Of a DNA stretch of 64,000 nucleotides, positions 1 to 8,185 are shown in pieces; position 1 is the first letter of the stretch; every line of letters starts with the position of its first letter. The position numbers and the translations under genes are program-made. Origin of the DNA: Spirochaetaceae bacterium UBA1318 (GTDB lineage Bacteria; Spirochaetota; Spirochaetia; Treponematales; UBA1318); NCBI GenBank assembly GCA_002307015.1, contig DBTK01000131.1:723-64722 (forward strand), read 5' to 3'. Under the pieces are notes generated by a model. The model was given only the letters and a program-made list of their open reading frames with translations. It was not told where the DNA came from and made no database searches.

Positions 1-705
1 AACTACGCGGTCGGGGTTCTCGACAAGCGCTTCGCCGTCATCGGCGGGGACAAGAACCTTGCGAAAAAGGAACAGCTGGAGCAGAAGCTCGCCGACGTCA
101 AGGTCGAGATGACCCGGCTCGAGGATGAAATCCAAGTGTTTCAGAAGAAGTACGGGGTTATCAGCGCCGACACCCTCGCTACGGAGCAGATCACGACGGT
201 CGCCAAGGTCCGCTCAGAGCTTATCATGAAGGAGATGGACATCAAGACCTACTCCCAGCTTTCGCGTATCGAGGATCCGGTCCTGAAACGTCTCCAGACC
301 GAGCGGGATAATCTTTCCAAATTACTTGATCAGCTCGAGAAAGGCTTTACGGATTACGAGAACGTGATGCCTTCCCAGAACGAGCTGCCCAAGATCGCCC
401 TCGAGTTCGGCCACCTGAAGCGCGACCTCCTGGTTCAGGAAGCGCTTTATCAGCTTCTGACCCAGCAGTACGAACTCACAAAGCTCTCCCTGACCGGCGA
501 GGAACCGACCTTCCAGGTTCTGGAGCTTGCCGAGGCTCCCGAAATGAAAAGTGGTCCCTCACGGGGCCTGATTGTCCTCGTTGCGACCTTTGCAGGTTTA
601 TTCTTGAGTGTCCTTCTCGCTTTTATCCTTAATGCGTGGGAGAACATGAAGAGTGATTCGGAAGCGATGGGGAGACTGAAAGGTCTCACTAAGGAAAAAA
701 CATGA
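1..705 (+). CDS. Polysaccharide chain-length determinant (Wzz/GumC-like), C-terminal part; 5' end lies outside the window
   Basis: Frame 1 is open from nt 1 (NYAVGVLDKRF...), so the M at 109 in the ORF track is internal. A coiled-coil-like segment is followed by a terminal TM helix GLIVLVATFAGLFLSVLLAFIL. The stop overlaps the next start (ATGA at 702-705). Confidence 0.6.
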   Translation, partial: NYAVGVLDKRFAVIGGDKNLAKKEQLEQKLADVKVEMTRLEDEIQVFQKKYGVISADTLATEQITTVAKVRSELIMKEMDIKTYSQLSRIEDPVLKRLQTERDNLSKLLDQLEKGFTDYENVMPSQNELPKIALEFGHLKRDLLVQEALYQLLTQQYELTKLSLTGEEPTFQVLELAEAPEMKSGPSRGLIVLVATFAGLFLSVLLAFILNAWENMKSDSEAMGRLKGLTKEKT

Positions 706-2408
706 AGCGTTTTGGCTGTATTGTTATTATTGCGACAGTAGCCTTTTCTGGCGCATTCGCCCAGAGCAGCTCGACCCTATCGAACCAGCTTCAGCAGTCG
801 CTGACCGGCCAAGGCTCCGGTGGCTCCTCGCTGCTGGGGGGAAGCGGTTCCTCCCTGTTTGGATTGGGTTCGCAGAATTCGTCCGTTTTGTCTTCGTCGA
901 ATCAGTCACTAGGTGACGGATTTTCGAATTCATCGTGGGATCCTTTCGCTTCGGGAACCCAGAGCGTCCAGGGCATCGACGGCTCAACGGGAACAACGGC
1001 GTTTTCGGCAAACCAAGCTGACCTCGCGATGGCCGATCCCCTCTATCCGGTGACGCCGGGGGATAGCTACATCTTTTCGTTCGTAACCGGCGCGGGGTCT
1101 ACCACTGTATCGGTTGTCGTGGACGCCGGGTACAACGTCAACCTGGGAACCCTCGGAACCGTCGCAGTTCGGGGGCAGACCTTCCAACAGTTGAAGGCAT
1201 ATGCGGAGAAAAAGGCACTCGAGGCCTATTCCTATTCAGCACCACGGCTAGTCATCAGATCGCCCGGCGTTTTCCAGGTCTATCTCAGGGGAGAGGTAGA
1301 GCAGGCGGGCTTCTCGAAGGCATGGGGTCTCATGAGGCTTTCCGAGGTCTCCGCGAAACCGACCCGATTCGCCTCCGATAGGGATATCGAAATTATCTCG
1401 GCCAAGGGGGAGGTCGCCCATTACGATCTTTTTCGTGCCCTTCGGTTCGGCGACTTGACTCAGAATCCCCTCCTGAAGGCTGGAGATACGATCGTTATCA
1501 ATAAATTCGACCGAAAGATAATGCTGAAAGGCGAAGTGAAACGACCTGGCATCTATAACATCCTGAACACCGATACATTGCAGACCGTTATCGAACTCTA
1601 CGGCGATGGGCTTACGAAGCTTGCCGACCTCTCCCAGGTCAAGGTGGACAGCCTTGCTACGGGAATGGAAACGATTTCCGAAACGAGGAACCTCGATCTT
1701 TCGAGAGGCTATGGCTCTCCGTATACGCTTCGCGACCTCGATACCGTGACGATCCAGACGCGGACCGATTTCCTCCCGGTCGTATTCATCGAAGGGGCCG
1801 TCACGAAGCAGATCGTCAAGGACCCCACGGTGATTAGCCTCGCCGACTCCAACAAAGAATCGCCGAATACGATGGAAAAGCTCCCCCACCGTTTTAATAA
1901 CGGGGAGACCGTCCACGACATCATCCTCACCCTCGAGAAGGGGAACCAGATCCTGTCCGTGGCCGACCTTGAAAATGGCTATATCTCCCGCAGTTCCGGC
2001 ATCATTCCGGTCAACCTCTCGAAGCTCATCTACTCCTTTTCTCCCGCCGATGACGTGACGCTTCAGGATAACGACCACCTCGTCGTTCCCTTCAAGCAGT
2101 TTTTTATCACCGTTGGCGGCGCCGTGGCTGCACCGGGGCGCTATCCTTACGTGCCTGGCCGTACCTGGAAATACTATGTGAACCTTGCTGGCGGCATCAA
2201 CACGGATTTGAACAGCTTCAATATTGTGCATGTATCCGATAAAAGCGATAGAGATAAAAAAAACTCTGCAACCATCGAACCCGAAGACAAGATCATCGTC
2301 CCGGCGAACAGCGTTCTGCACTATCTGGGACAGATTTCAGGCATCATGAGCATCCTGACGACGACCTTCCTTGCCTTTATCTACGCGAAAAGTCTGGGTT
2401 TGTACTAG
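702..2408 (+). CDS. Polysaccharide export protein (Wza-like, SLBB-repeat type)
   Basis: 568-aa ORF with signal peptide MKRFGCIVIIATVAFSGAFAQ and a Ser/Gly-rich linker. Repeated SLBB-like strands are present (LKAGDTIVI, RPGIYNI, LQDNDHLVVP, IEPEDKIIVP). There is a C-terminal TM helix. Confidence 0.7.
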   Translation: MKRFGCIVIIATVAFSGAFAQSSSTLSNQLQQSLTGQGSGGSSLLGGSGSSLFGLGSQNSSVLSSSNQSLGDGFSNSSWDPFASGTQSVQGIDGSTGTTAFSANQADLAMADPLYPVTPGDSYIFSFVTGAGSTTVSVVVDAGYNVNLGTLGTVAVRGQTFQQLKAYAEKKALEAYSYSAPRLVIRSPGVFQVYLRGEVEQAGFSKAWGLMRLSEVSAKPTRFASDRDIEIISAKGEVAHYDLFRALRFGDLTQNPLLKAGDTIVINKFDRKIMLKGEVKRPGIYNILNTDTLQTVIELYGDGLTKLADLSQVKVDSLATGMETISETRNLDLSRGYGSPYTLRDLDTVTIQTRTDFLPVVFIEGAVTKQIVKDPTVISLADSNKESPNTMEKLPHRFNNGETVHDIILTLEKGNQILSVADLENGYISRSSGIIPVNLSKLIYSFSPADDVTLQDNDHLVVPFKQFFITVGGAVAAPGRYPYVPGRTWKYYVNLAGGINTDLNSFNIVHVSDKSDRDKKNSATIEPEDKIIVPANSVLHYLGQISGIMSILTTTFLAFIYAKSLGLY

Positions 2409-2438
2409 CGGCAACGCCTTTTCTATGGAGAAACGACT

Positions 2439-3761
2439 ATGAGTTCAATCGCCGTCATTGGTACCGGCTATGTCGGCCTCGTGAGCGGGGCCTGTCTCGC
2501 GGATTTCGGGAATACCGTGGTCTGCATGGATACGGACGGGAAGAAGATAGAAGCCCTCAAGAAAGGGGAGATTCCCATCTACGAGCCGGGAATCGAGGAT
2601 ATCGTATCGAGAAATGTGGCGGCCGGGCGACTTTCGTTTTCGACCGACCCGGCTCTGGCCATCAAGGGAGCCGATGCCGTGTTCATCGCGGTGGGCACGC
2701 CCCCCGCGGATGACGGCAGCGCCGACCTCAAGTACGTCGAGTCGGCCGCGAGGAGCGTCGCGAGGAATCTCGAGGGCTACGTCGTCGTCGTGGACAAGAG
2801 CACGGTGCCGGTCGGCACCGCGCGCAAGGTGAAGTCCTGGATAGACGAGGAGCTCTCGCTGCGCGGCGTGAAGCGGGAGTTCGACGTGGTTTCGAACCCC
2901 GAGTTCCTCCGCGAGGGATCGGCCGTTCAGGACTTTACCCACCCGGACCGGGTGGTCATCGGCGCGGAGAGTGATCGGGCGAAGAAGCTGATGAAGGATG
3001 TCTACCGCGTCCTCTACCTCAACGAGACTCCCTATATCGAGACGAACCTCGAGACGGCGGAGATGATCAAGTACGCCTCGAACGCCTTCCTCTCGGTGAA
3101 GATCACCTTCATCAACGAGGTGGCGAACCTCTGCGAGAAGGCCGGGGCCAACGTCCAGGACGTGGCGAGGGCCATGGGAAAGGACGGGAGGATAGGCTCG
3201 AAGTTCCTGCATTCGGGGCCGGGCTACGGCGGTTCCTGCTTTCCGAAGGATACTCTCGCGATGGCGAGGACGGGGCGGGATTTCGGCGAGCCGATGTCCA
3301 TCGTGGAAACGACGATCGAAGCGAACGAGAGGCAGAAGGCCCGCATGGTCGTGAAGATCGAGAAGGGAATCGGCGGCCTCGAGGGCAAGACGGTCGCCAT
3401 CCTCGGCCTCGCCTTCAAGCCGAACACCGACGACATGAGGGAGGCTCCCGCCATCGCCATCTGCCTGGGCCTCGCCTCAGGAGGGGCCAAGATCCGGGCC
3501 TGCGACCCGGTCGCCGGGAAGGAAGCGGCCTGGCGTCTCGCCTCCATCAAGGATTCGATCTATTTCGCCAGGGACGAGTACGACGCCATCCAGGGCGCCG
3601 ACGCCGTCGTCATCGTGACCGAATGGAACCAGTACCGGAATCTCGACCTCGCAAAGGTGAAGACTCTTCTTTCCTCGCCCAACTTCTTCGACCTCAGGAA
3701 CATCTACAAGAGAAGCGATCTCGAGGCAATGGGCTTCCGGTATTTCGCCGTCGGACAGTGA
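2439..3761 (+). CDS. ugd: UDP-glucose 6-dehydrogenase
   Basis: 440 aa with N-terminal Rossmann motif IGTGYVGLVSGACLADFG. The catalytic Cys region GPGYGGSCFPKD and overall collinearity fit the UDP-glucose/GDP-mannose dehydrogenase family. Confidence 0.93.
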   Translation: MSSIAVIGTGYVGLVSGACLADFGNTVVCMDTDGKKIEALKKGEIPIYEPGIEDIVSRNVAAGRLSFSTDPALAIKGADAVFIAVGTPPADDGSADLKYVESAARSVARNLEGYVVVVDKSTVPVGTARKVKSWIDEELSLRGVKREFDVVSNPEFLREGSAVQDFTHPDRVVIGAESDRAKKLMKDVYRVLYLNETPYIETNLETAEMIKYASNAFLSVKITFINEVANLCEKAGANVQDVARAMGKDGRIGSKFLHSGPGYGGSCFPKDTLAMARTGRDFGEPMSIVETTIEANERQKARMVVKIEKGIGGLEGKTVAILGLAFKPNTDDMREAPAIAICLGLASGGAKIRACDPVAGKEAAWRLASIKDSIYFARDEYDAIQGADAVVIVTEWNQYRNLDLAKVKTLLSSPNFFDLRNIYKRSDLEAMGFRYFAVGQ

Positions 3762-3777
3762 GCCAGACGCGCCGGAC

Positions 3778-4422
3778 CTAGCTCTTTTCGGCCTGCCGGC
3801 GTCCGGCGGATTTGAGCTTCATTCGCGTCTTGATGAACCGGATGACGTAGAAGGGTATCCTGAGCGGCGAGGCGACGAGCTTCTGCACGCGGACGAACCA
3901 GTCGACCCGGGCCGGATAGTCGGCGATGGGGATGTTCCAGGTCTTGCCGTAGAGGTTCCGCATGAGGCCGATGGGATCGGCGGGAACCCGGAACTTCGCA
4001 CCGAGGAAGTCGACGTCCTCGAGGGAGTCGAGGAAACGTGGAGGGACGGTGGTTCTCTCGTCGAGCTGCCAGAGCCTGCCCTTGAAAAGGTGGCGTACCT
4101 TCCTCGCCGGAAACAGGTCGATATCGACTCCGTCCCGTATCACCTTGTAGATATACCCGTCTTTCCGGTTGTAGATCCCGTCGCCGATGAACTCGAACCC
4201 CTTCGCCTCGAAGCTGGGTTTGAGGGCGAGAAACCGGTCGACGTCGGAGAAATAAAAGCCGACGTCGATATCGTTATCGTGCGGTATGAAGTCCCTTTCC
4301 CTGACGGCACCCAGAAGCGTACCCCAGTGCAGGAACATGGGAATGCCGGCGCCTTCCAGAATATCCCGGGTGTCGACAAGATTCCTGAGTCCGATGGTTT
4401 TATCGAAAAATGATTGTTTCAT
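3778..4422 (-). CDS. LicD-family phosphotransferase (phospho-alcohol transferase to glycan)
   Basis: LicD signature LHWGTLLGAVRERDFIPHDNDIDVGF. I place the start at ATG 4422 (MKQSFF), preceded by AAGGA. The track's upstream extension to 4518 has no support. Confidence 0.75.
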   Translation of the reverse strand: MKQSFFDKTIGLRNLVDTRDILEGAGIPMFLHWGTLLGAVRERDFIPHDNDIDVGFYFSDVDRFLALKPSFEAKGFEFIGDGIYNRKDGYIYKVIRDGVDIDLFPARKVRHLFKGRLWQLDERTTVPPRFLDSLEDVDFLGAKFRVPADPIGLMRNLYGKTWNIPIADYPARVDWFVRVQKLVASPLRIPFYVIRFIKTRMKLKSAGRRQAEKS

Positions 4423-4558
4423 AATAATCCTTCTTGATTTTATCATGTGTATATGAGGAATACAACATGGGTTGGTGAGAAAAGCGTTAAATGAATATTT
4501 TTCCCTCTTGCGGGCCATGTCCTAACTTGCTAACATAGGCACGCACACGAGGAAGAAT

Positions 4559-5584
4559 ATGGACAGAATGATCATCATGGACCGCAACGAGAACAATTAC
4601 GGTCCTTCGCCGAAATGCCACGACGTCCTTGAACACATGGACATGGAGTATTTCTCCACATATTCACGGGATTATCCCCGACGCATCAAGTCGAGGATAG
4701 CGGAACAGTACGGCATCGCGCCCGAGCAGGTGGCGATCGGGTACGGCGCCGAGGATCTGCTGAAGCAGATCATTTACTGGGCCGCGGGAAAGGGCGCCGA
4801 TATCGCCGTTCCGAATATGTCGTGGTGGTATTACAAGCACATCGTCAAGGAAATCGACGGCAATCTCGTCGAATACCACATGACTGAAGGCGAGGAGAGC
4901 TGGGCTTTCGACGATGACGAGATCTTCCGGATTCTCGCCGCGAAGCCCCGGGTTTTCATCCTCGCGTCCCCCAACAATCCGACGGGCAACTACCTCGAAC
5001 CGGACCGGATTCGCCGGTACCTCGCGGCCAAGGCGCCCGAGACGGTGATGGTCCTCGACGAGGCCTACTGGGGCTTCGGCGCCCCGCCCTTTCCCGAACG
5101 GGAAATCGCGTGCTGGCCCGGGTTGATCGTGCTGCGCACGATGTCCAAGTACTACGCACTCGCCGGCCTCCGGATCGGCTTCGCCTTTCTGGGATCCGGG
5201 CTCGACGAGTACGTGGTGCACAACAGCAAGTACCTCGGGTTCAACCGCATTTCCGAGGAGATGCTGTTCGCCTCCCTCGATCATGAATCGGACCTCTACT
5301 ACCGCGAACGGGCCGCGATGATCATCGAGGACGGAAAGATGCTGTTCCAGGAACTCCGCGCCATGGGGTTCAAGCCCTTCCGGACCTGCGCCAACTTCAT
5401 TCTCGCCCGCCTGCCCGCTGCCGACTTCAACCTGCTCAAGGAGCGGGTGCTCACGAAGGGCATGGTGATAAAGTTTTTCAGCGAACCCATTTTCGAAAAC
5501 TGCGTCCGAATCTCCATCGGAACCCGCGACCAGAATTACTTGCTGGTGGAGATCATGAAAGACATTCTCGCCAACCGCGGTTGA
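4559..5584 (+). CDS. Class I/II PLP-dependent enzyme, HisC/CobD-like (aminotransferase or phospho-amino-acid decarboxylase)
   Basis: Motifs NENNYGPSP, ASPNNPTG and the PLP-lysine region RTMSKYYALAGLRIGF. GAGGAAG lies 5 nt upstream of the ATG. Confidence 0.75.
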   Translation: MDRMIIMDRNENNYGPSPKCHDVLEHMDMEYFSTYSRDYPRRIKSRIAEQYGIAPEQVAIGYGAEDLLKQIIYWAAGKGADIAVPNMSWWYYKHIVKEIDGNLVEYHMTEGEESWAFDDDEIFRILAAKPRVFILASPNNPTGNYLEPDRIRRYLAAKAPETVMVLDEAYWGFGAPPFPEREIACWPGLIVLRTMSKYYALAGLRIGFAFLGSGLDEYVVHNSKYLGFNRISEEMLFASLDHESDLYYRERAAMIIEDGKMLFQELRAMGFKPFRTCANFILARLPAADFNLLKERVLTKGMVIKFFSEPIFENCVRISIGTRDQNYLLVEIMKDILANRG

Positions 5585-5585
5585 G

Positions 5586-6302
5586 ATGCAGGCCGTTCTC
5601 CTTGCCGCCGGCATGGCCACGAGGCTCAGGCCGCTGACCGACCTGAGCCCGAAATGCCTCCTCGACGTGGGCGGAAAGTCCATCCTCCAGCGCGCGGTCG
5701 AGAACCTCGTCGCCGTCGGGGTGGACGAGGTCGTCATCGTCACGGGCTATCGTCCCGGCATGATACGGGCCCACATGGCCGAGAGGTTTCCCTCGCTGCG
5801 TGTCCGCTGGATCAACAACGACCGCTATGCCGAGACGAACAACGCCTACTCCCTCATGCTCGCCGAACCGGAGGCGCCGGGGGAATTCCTCCTTCTGGAC
5901 AGCGACATCCTCTTCCCCGCCGAACTGATCCGATCCCTCCTCGCCTGTCCCGATCGGCCCTGCATCGCCCTCCACCGGCACGAGTGCGGCGAGGAGGAGA
6001 TGAAGATCGTGTGCGGCGAGTCGGGCTGGGTGACGGATGTGGCAAAGACCATCGATCCGCGCAAGGCTGCGGGGGAGTCGATCGGATTCGAGCTTTTCGA
6101 CCGGAGTTCCCGGGATCGCCTTTTCGAGACGCTGCGGCGCCGAATAGTGGACGAGAAGCGAGAGAATGAATATTATGAAGCCTCGTTCAAGGAAATGGTG
6201 GATCACGGGTTCGGCTTCCGCACCGTGGACATCTCCTCCTGGCCGGCGACCGAAGTCGATACGATCGAGGACCTGGAACGGGCACGATCCCTGTTTCGCT
6301 GA
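5586..6302 (+). CDS. LicC-type nucleotidyl(cytidylyl)transferase
   Basis: LLAAGMATRLRPLT NTP-binding loop. NDRYAETNNAYSL closely resembles pneumococcal LicC NDKYADYNNFYSL. C-terminal EVDTIEDLERA. The start lies 2 nt after the previous stop. Confidence 0.8.
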   Translation: MQAVLLAAGMATRLRPLTDLSPKCLLDVGGKSILQRAVENLVAVGVDEVVIVTGYRPGMIRAHMAERFPSLRVRWINNDRYAETNNAYSLMLAEPEAPGEFLLLDSDILFPAELIRSLLACPDRPCIALHRHECGEEEMKIVCGESGWVTDVAKTIDPRKAAGESIGFELFDRSSRDRLFETLRRRIVDEKRENEYYEASFKEMVDHGFGFRTVDISSWPATEVDTIEDLERARSLFR

Positions 6303-6379
6303 CCCAACGGGTCGTGGATTTGTGACAGCGGCGTCGACGAGCGAAAAAAGCCTTTTCTGAATTCGACGAGGTAACGCTG

Positions 6380-8185
6380 ATGCAAGCAATTATCCTGGCC
6401 GCGGGAATGGGAAAGAGGCTCGGGAAGTATACCCGGGACGGGACCAAGTGCATGGTCAAGGTGAACGGGAAGTCCCTGATCGAGCACTCCCTCGAGGCCC
6501 TGATCGCCGTCGGGATCAAGCGGGTCGTGATGGTCGTCGGCTATCGCGCCGAGACCCTCCGCACCTTCCTCGAGGGGAGGTATCCCGAACTCGAGCTTTG
6601 CTACATCGAAAATCCCATCTACGACAAGACGAACAACATCTACTCCCTCTGGCTCGCGCGGCAGGAGCTCGCGGCGGAGGATTCCCTGCTGCTCGAGAGC
6701 GACCTGATCTTCCACCCCTCGATCATCAGGAAGCTGGTCGACGATGTCGAGCCGAACCTCGCGGTCGTGTCGAAATTCGAGTCCTGGATGGACGGCACCG
6801 TCACGATGGTCGACGAGAAGCGGAACATCGTGAGCGTGATCGACAAGGCCGACTTCAAGTGGAAGCGGGTGGAGGACTACTACAAGACCGTCAACATCTA
6901 CAAGTTTTCGAAGGAATTCTCGAAGACCTTCTACCTTCCCTTCCTCGACGCCTACATGGCCGCCTTCGGCCAGAACGAGTACTACGAGCAGGTCCTCAAG
7001 GTGCTCGCCTTCCTTTCCGACGTGAGGCTCAAGGCCCTGCCGGTGAGCGCGAGGCGATGGTACGAGATCGACGACCCGAACGACCTCGAGGTGGCCGAGA
7101 CCATCTTTTCGGAGGGGGACACGAAGTACGCCCTGATGGCGAAGCGCTACGGCGGGTACTGGCGCTTTCCCGGTATGCTGGACTACTGCTATCTCGTGAA
7201 CCCCTACTTCCCGCCCAAGCGCATGGTCAAGGAGATGCTTTCGAGCTTCCGCGAGCTCATGTCCCAGTATCCCTCGGCCGCACGGATCCAGAGCTCGCTT
7301 GCGGGAAAGGTGTTCGGTATCGAACCCGAGCGCATCGTCGTCGGAAACGGGGCGGCCGAGCTCATCGACGTGGCCTCGCGCCTCCTTCCGGGGCGGATGG
7401 CGATCACGTCGCCCTCGTTCAACGAGTATCCCGCGCGGTTCGGCAAGGAAAGGACGATCGTCGTGCCGACGGCGAATGGCAACCTTTCCTATGGCACCGC
7501 CGAGCTGATCGCGGCCATGGAAGGCGCCGACATCCTCGTCCTCGTGAACCCGGACAACCCGAGCGGCCATTTCCTCGGGAAGGACGAGGTCAAGGGGTTG
7601 GTCGAGACCCTTCTCTCCAAGGGGAAGCGGGTCATCTTCGACGAGTCCTTCATCGATTTCGCGGAACGTGAAAAACGCTACACCCTTTTGGACGACGACT
7701 ACCTCGCTTCCCACCCCGGGCTCATCGTCATCAAGAGCATCTCCAAGAGCTACGGGGTTCCGGGATTCAGGCTCGGCGTCCTCGCCACGGGGGACCTCGA
7801 GCTCGCCGCCGCGATCAGGAAGGCGCCCGCCGTCTGGAACATCAACTCGTTCGCCGAGTTCTTCCTGCAGATCGTCGACAAGTACAAGCGGTGGTACCTC
7901 GCCTCCTGCGACGAGATCGCCGAGGAGCGCGCCAGGTTCGCGGGGGCTCTCGAGGCCACCGGGATGATGAGCGTCTATCCCTCCCAGGCTAACTTCCTGC
8001 TCTGCCGCCTCAAGGCGGGGCTTTCCTCCCGCGCGCTTGCGGATTTTCTTCTCGAAGACTGCCGGATATTCATCAAGGATTTAGGAGACAAACCGGGGTT
8101 TCCCGAGGGCCAGTTCATCCGGCTCGCCGTTCGTGCGACCGGGGAAAACGACCGCTTCGTGGAAGCCCTGAAAAAATACCAATGA
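6380..8185 (+). CDS. Bifunctional fusion: N-terminal LicC-type nucleotidyltransferase plus C-terminal HisC/CobD-type PLP enzyme
   Basis: Single 601-aa frame. The N-terminal part has ILAAGMGKRLG, NPIYDKTNNIYSL and RWYEIDDPNDL. The C-terminal part has VNPDNPSG and SISKSYGVPGFRLGVL. Confidence 0.8.
   Translation: MQAIILAAGMGKRLGKYTRDGTKCMVKVNGKSLIEHSLEALIAVGIKRVVMVVGYRAETLRTFLEGRYPELELCYIENPIYDKTNNIYSLWLARQELAAEDSLLLESDLIFHPSIIRKLVDDVEPNLAVVSKFESWMDGTVTMVDEKRNIVSVIDKADFKWKRVEDYYKTVNIYKFSKEFSKTFYLPFLDAYMAAFGQNEYYEQVLKVLAFLSDVRLKALPVSARRWYEIDDPNDLEVAETIFSEGDTKYALMAKRYGGYWRFPGMLDYCYLVNPYFPPKRMVKEMLSSFRELMSQYPSAARIQSSLAGKVFGIEPERIVVGNGAAELIDVASRLLPGRMAITSPSFNEYPARFGKERTIVVPTANGNLSYGTAELIAAMEGADILVLVNPDNPSGHFLGKDEVKGLVETLLSKGKRVIFDESFIDFAEREKRYTLLDDDYLASHPGLIVIKSISKSYGVPGFRLGVLATGDLELAAAIRKAPAVWNINSFAEFFLQIVDKYKRWYLASCDEIAEERARFAGALEATGMMSVYPSQANFLLCRLKAGLSSRALADFLLEDCRIFIKDLGDKPGFPEGQFIRLAVRATGENDRFVEALKKYQ

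Noticed and set aside
1248-2321. A long minus-strand ORF antisense to the Wza-like gene. Many similar long antisense or alternate-frame ORFs appear in the track: 2445-3212(-), 4664-5743(-), 6203-7714(-), 6448-7671(+), 7975-9855(-), 9927-10997(-), 12668-13825(-), 14035-15042(-), 24439-25518(+), 25628-26851(-), 26373-28397(-) and 28268-29260(-). Further examples are 29547-32060(-), 36035-37051(-), 38672-39847(+), 40718-43570(+), 43491-44639(+), 45328-47199(-), 53131-54303(-), 56640-57470(-), 58523-59347(+) and 61240-62103(+).
   Set aside because: Their translations are dominated by Arg, Gly, Pro, Asp and Glu and have no recognisable motifs. Each is fully covered by an opposite or alternate frame that carries clear family signatures. 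They are typical stop-poor shadow frames of high-GC DNA.
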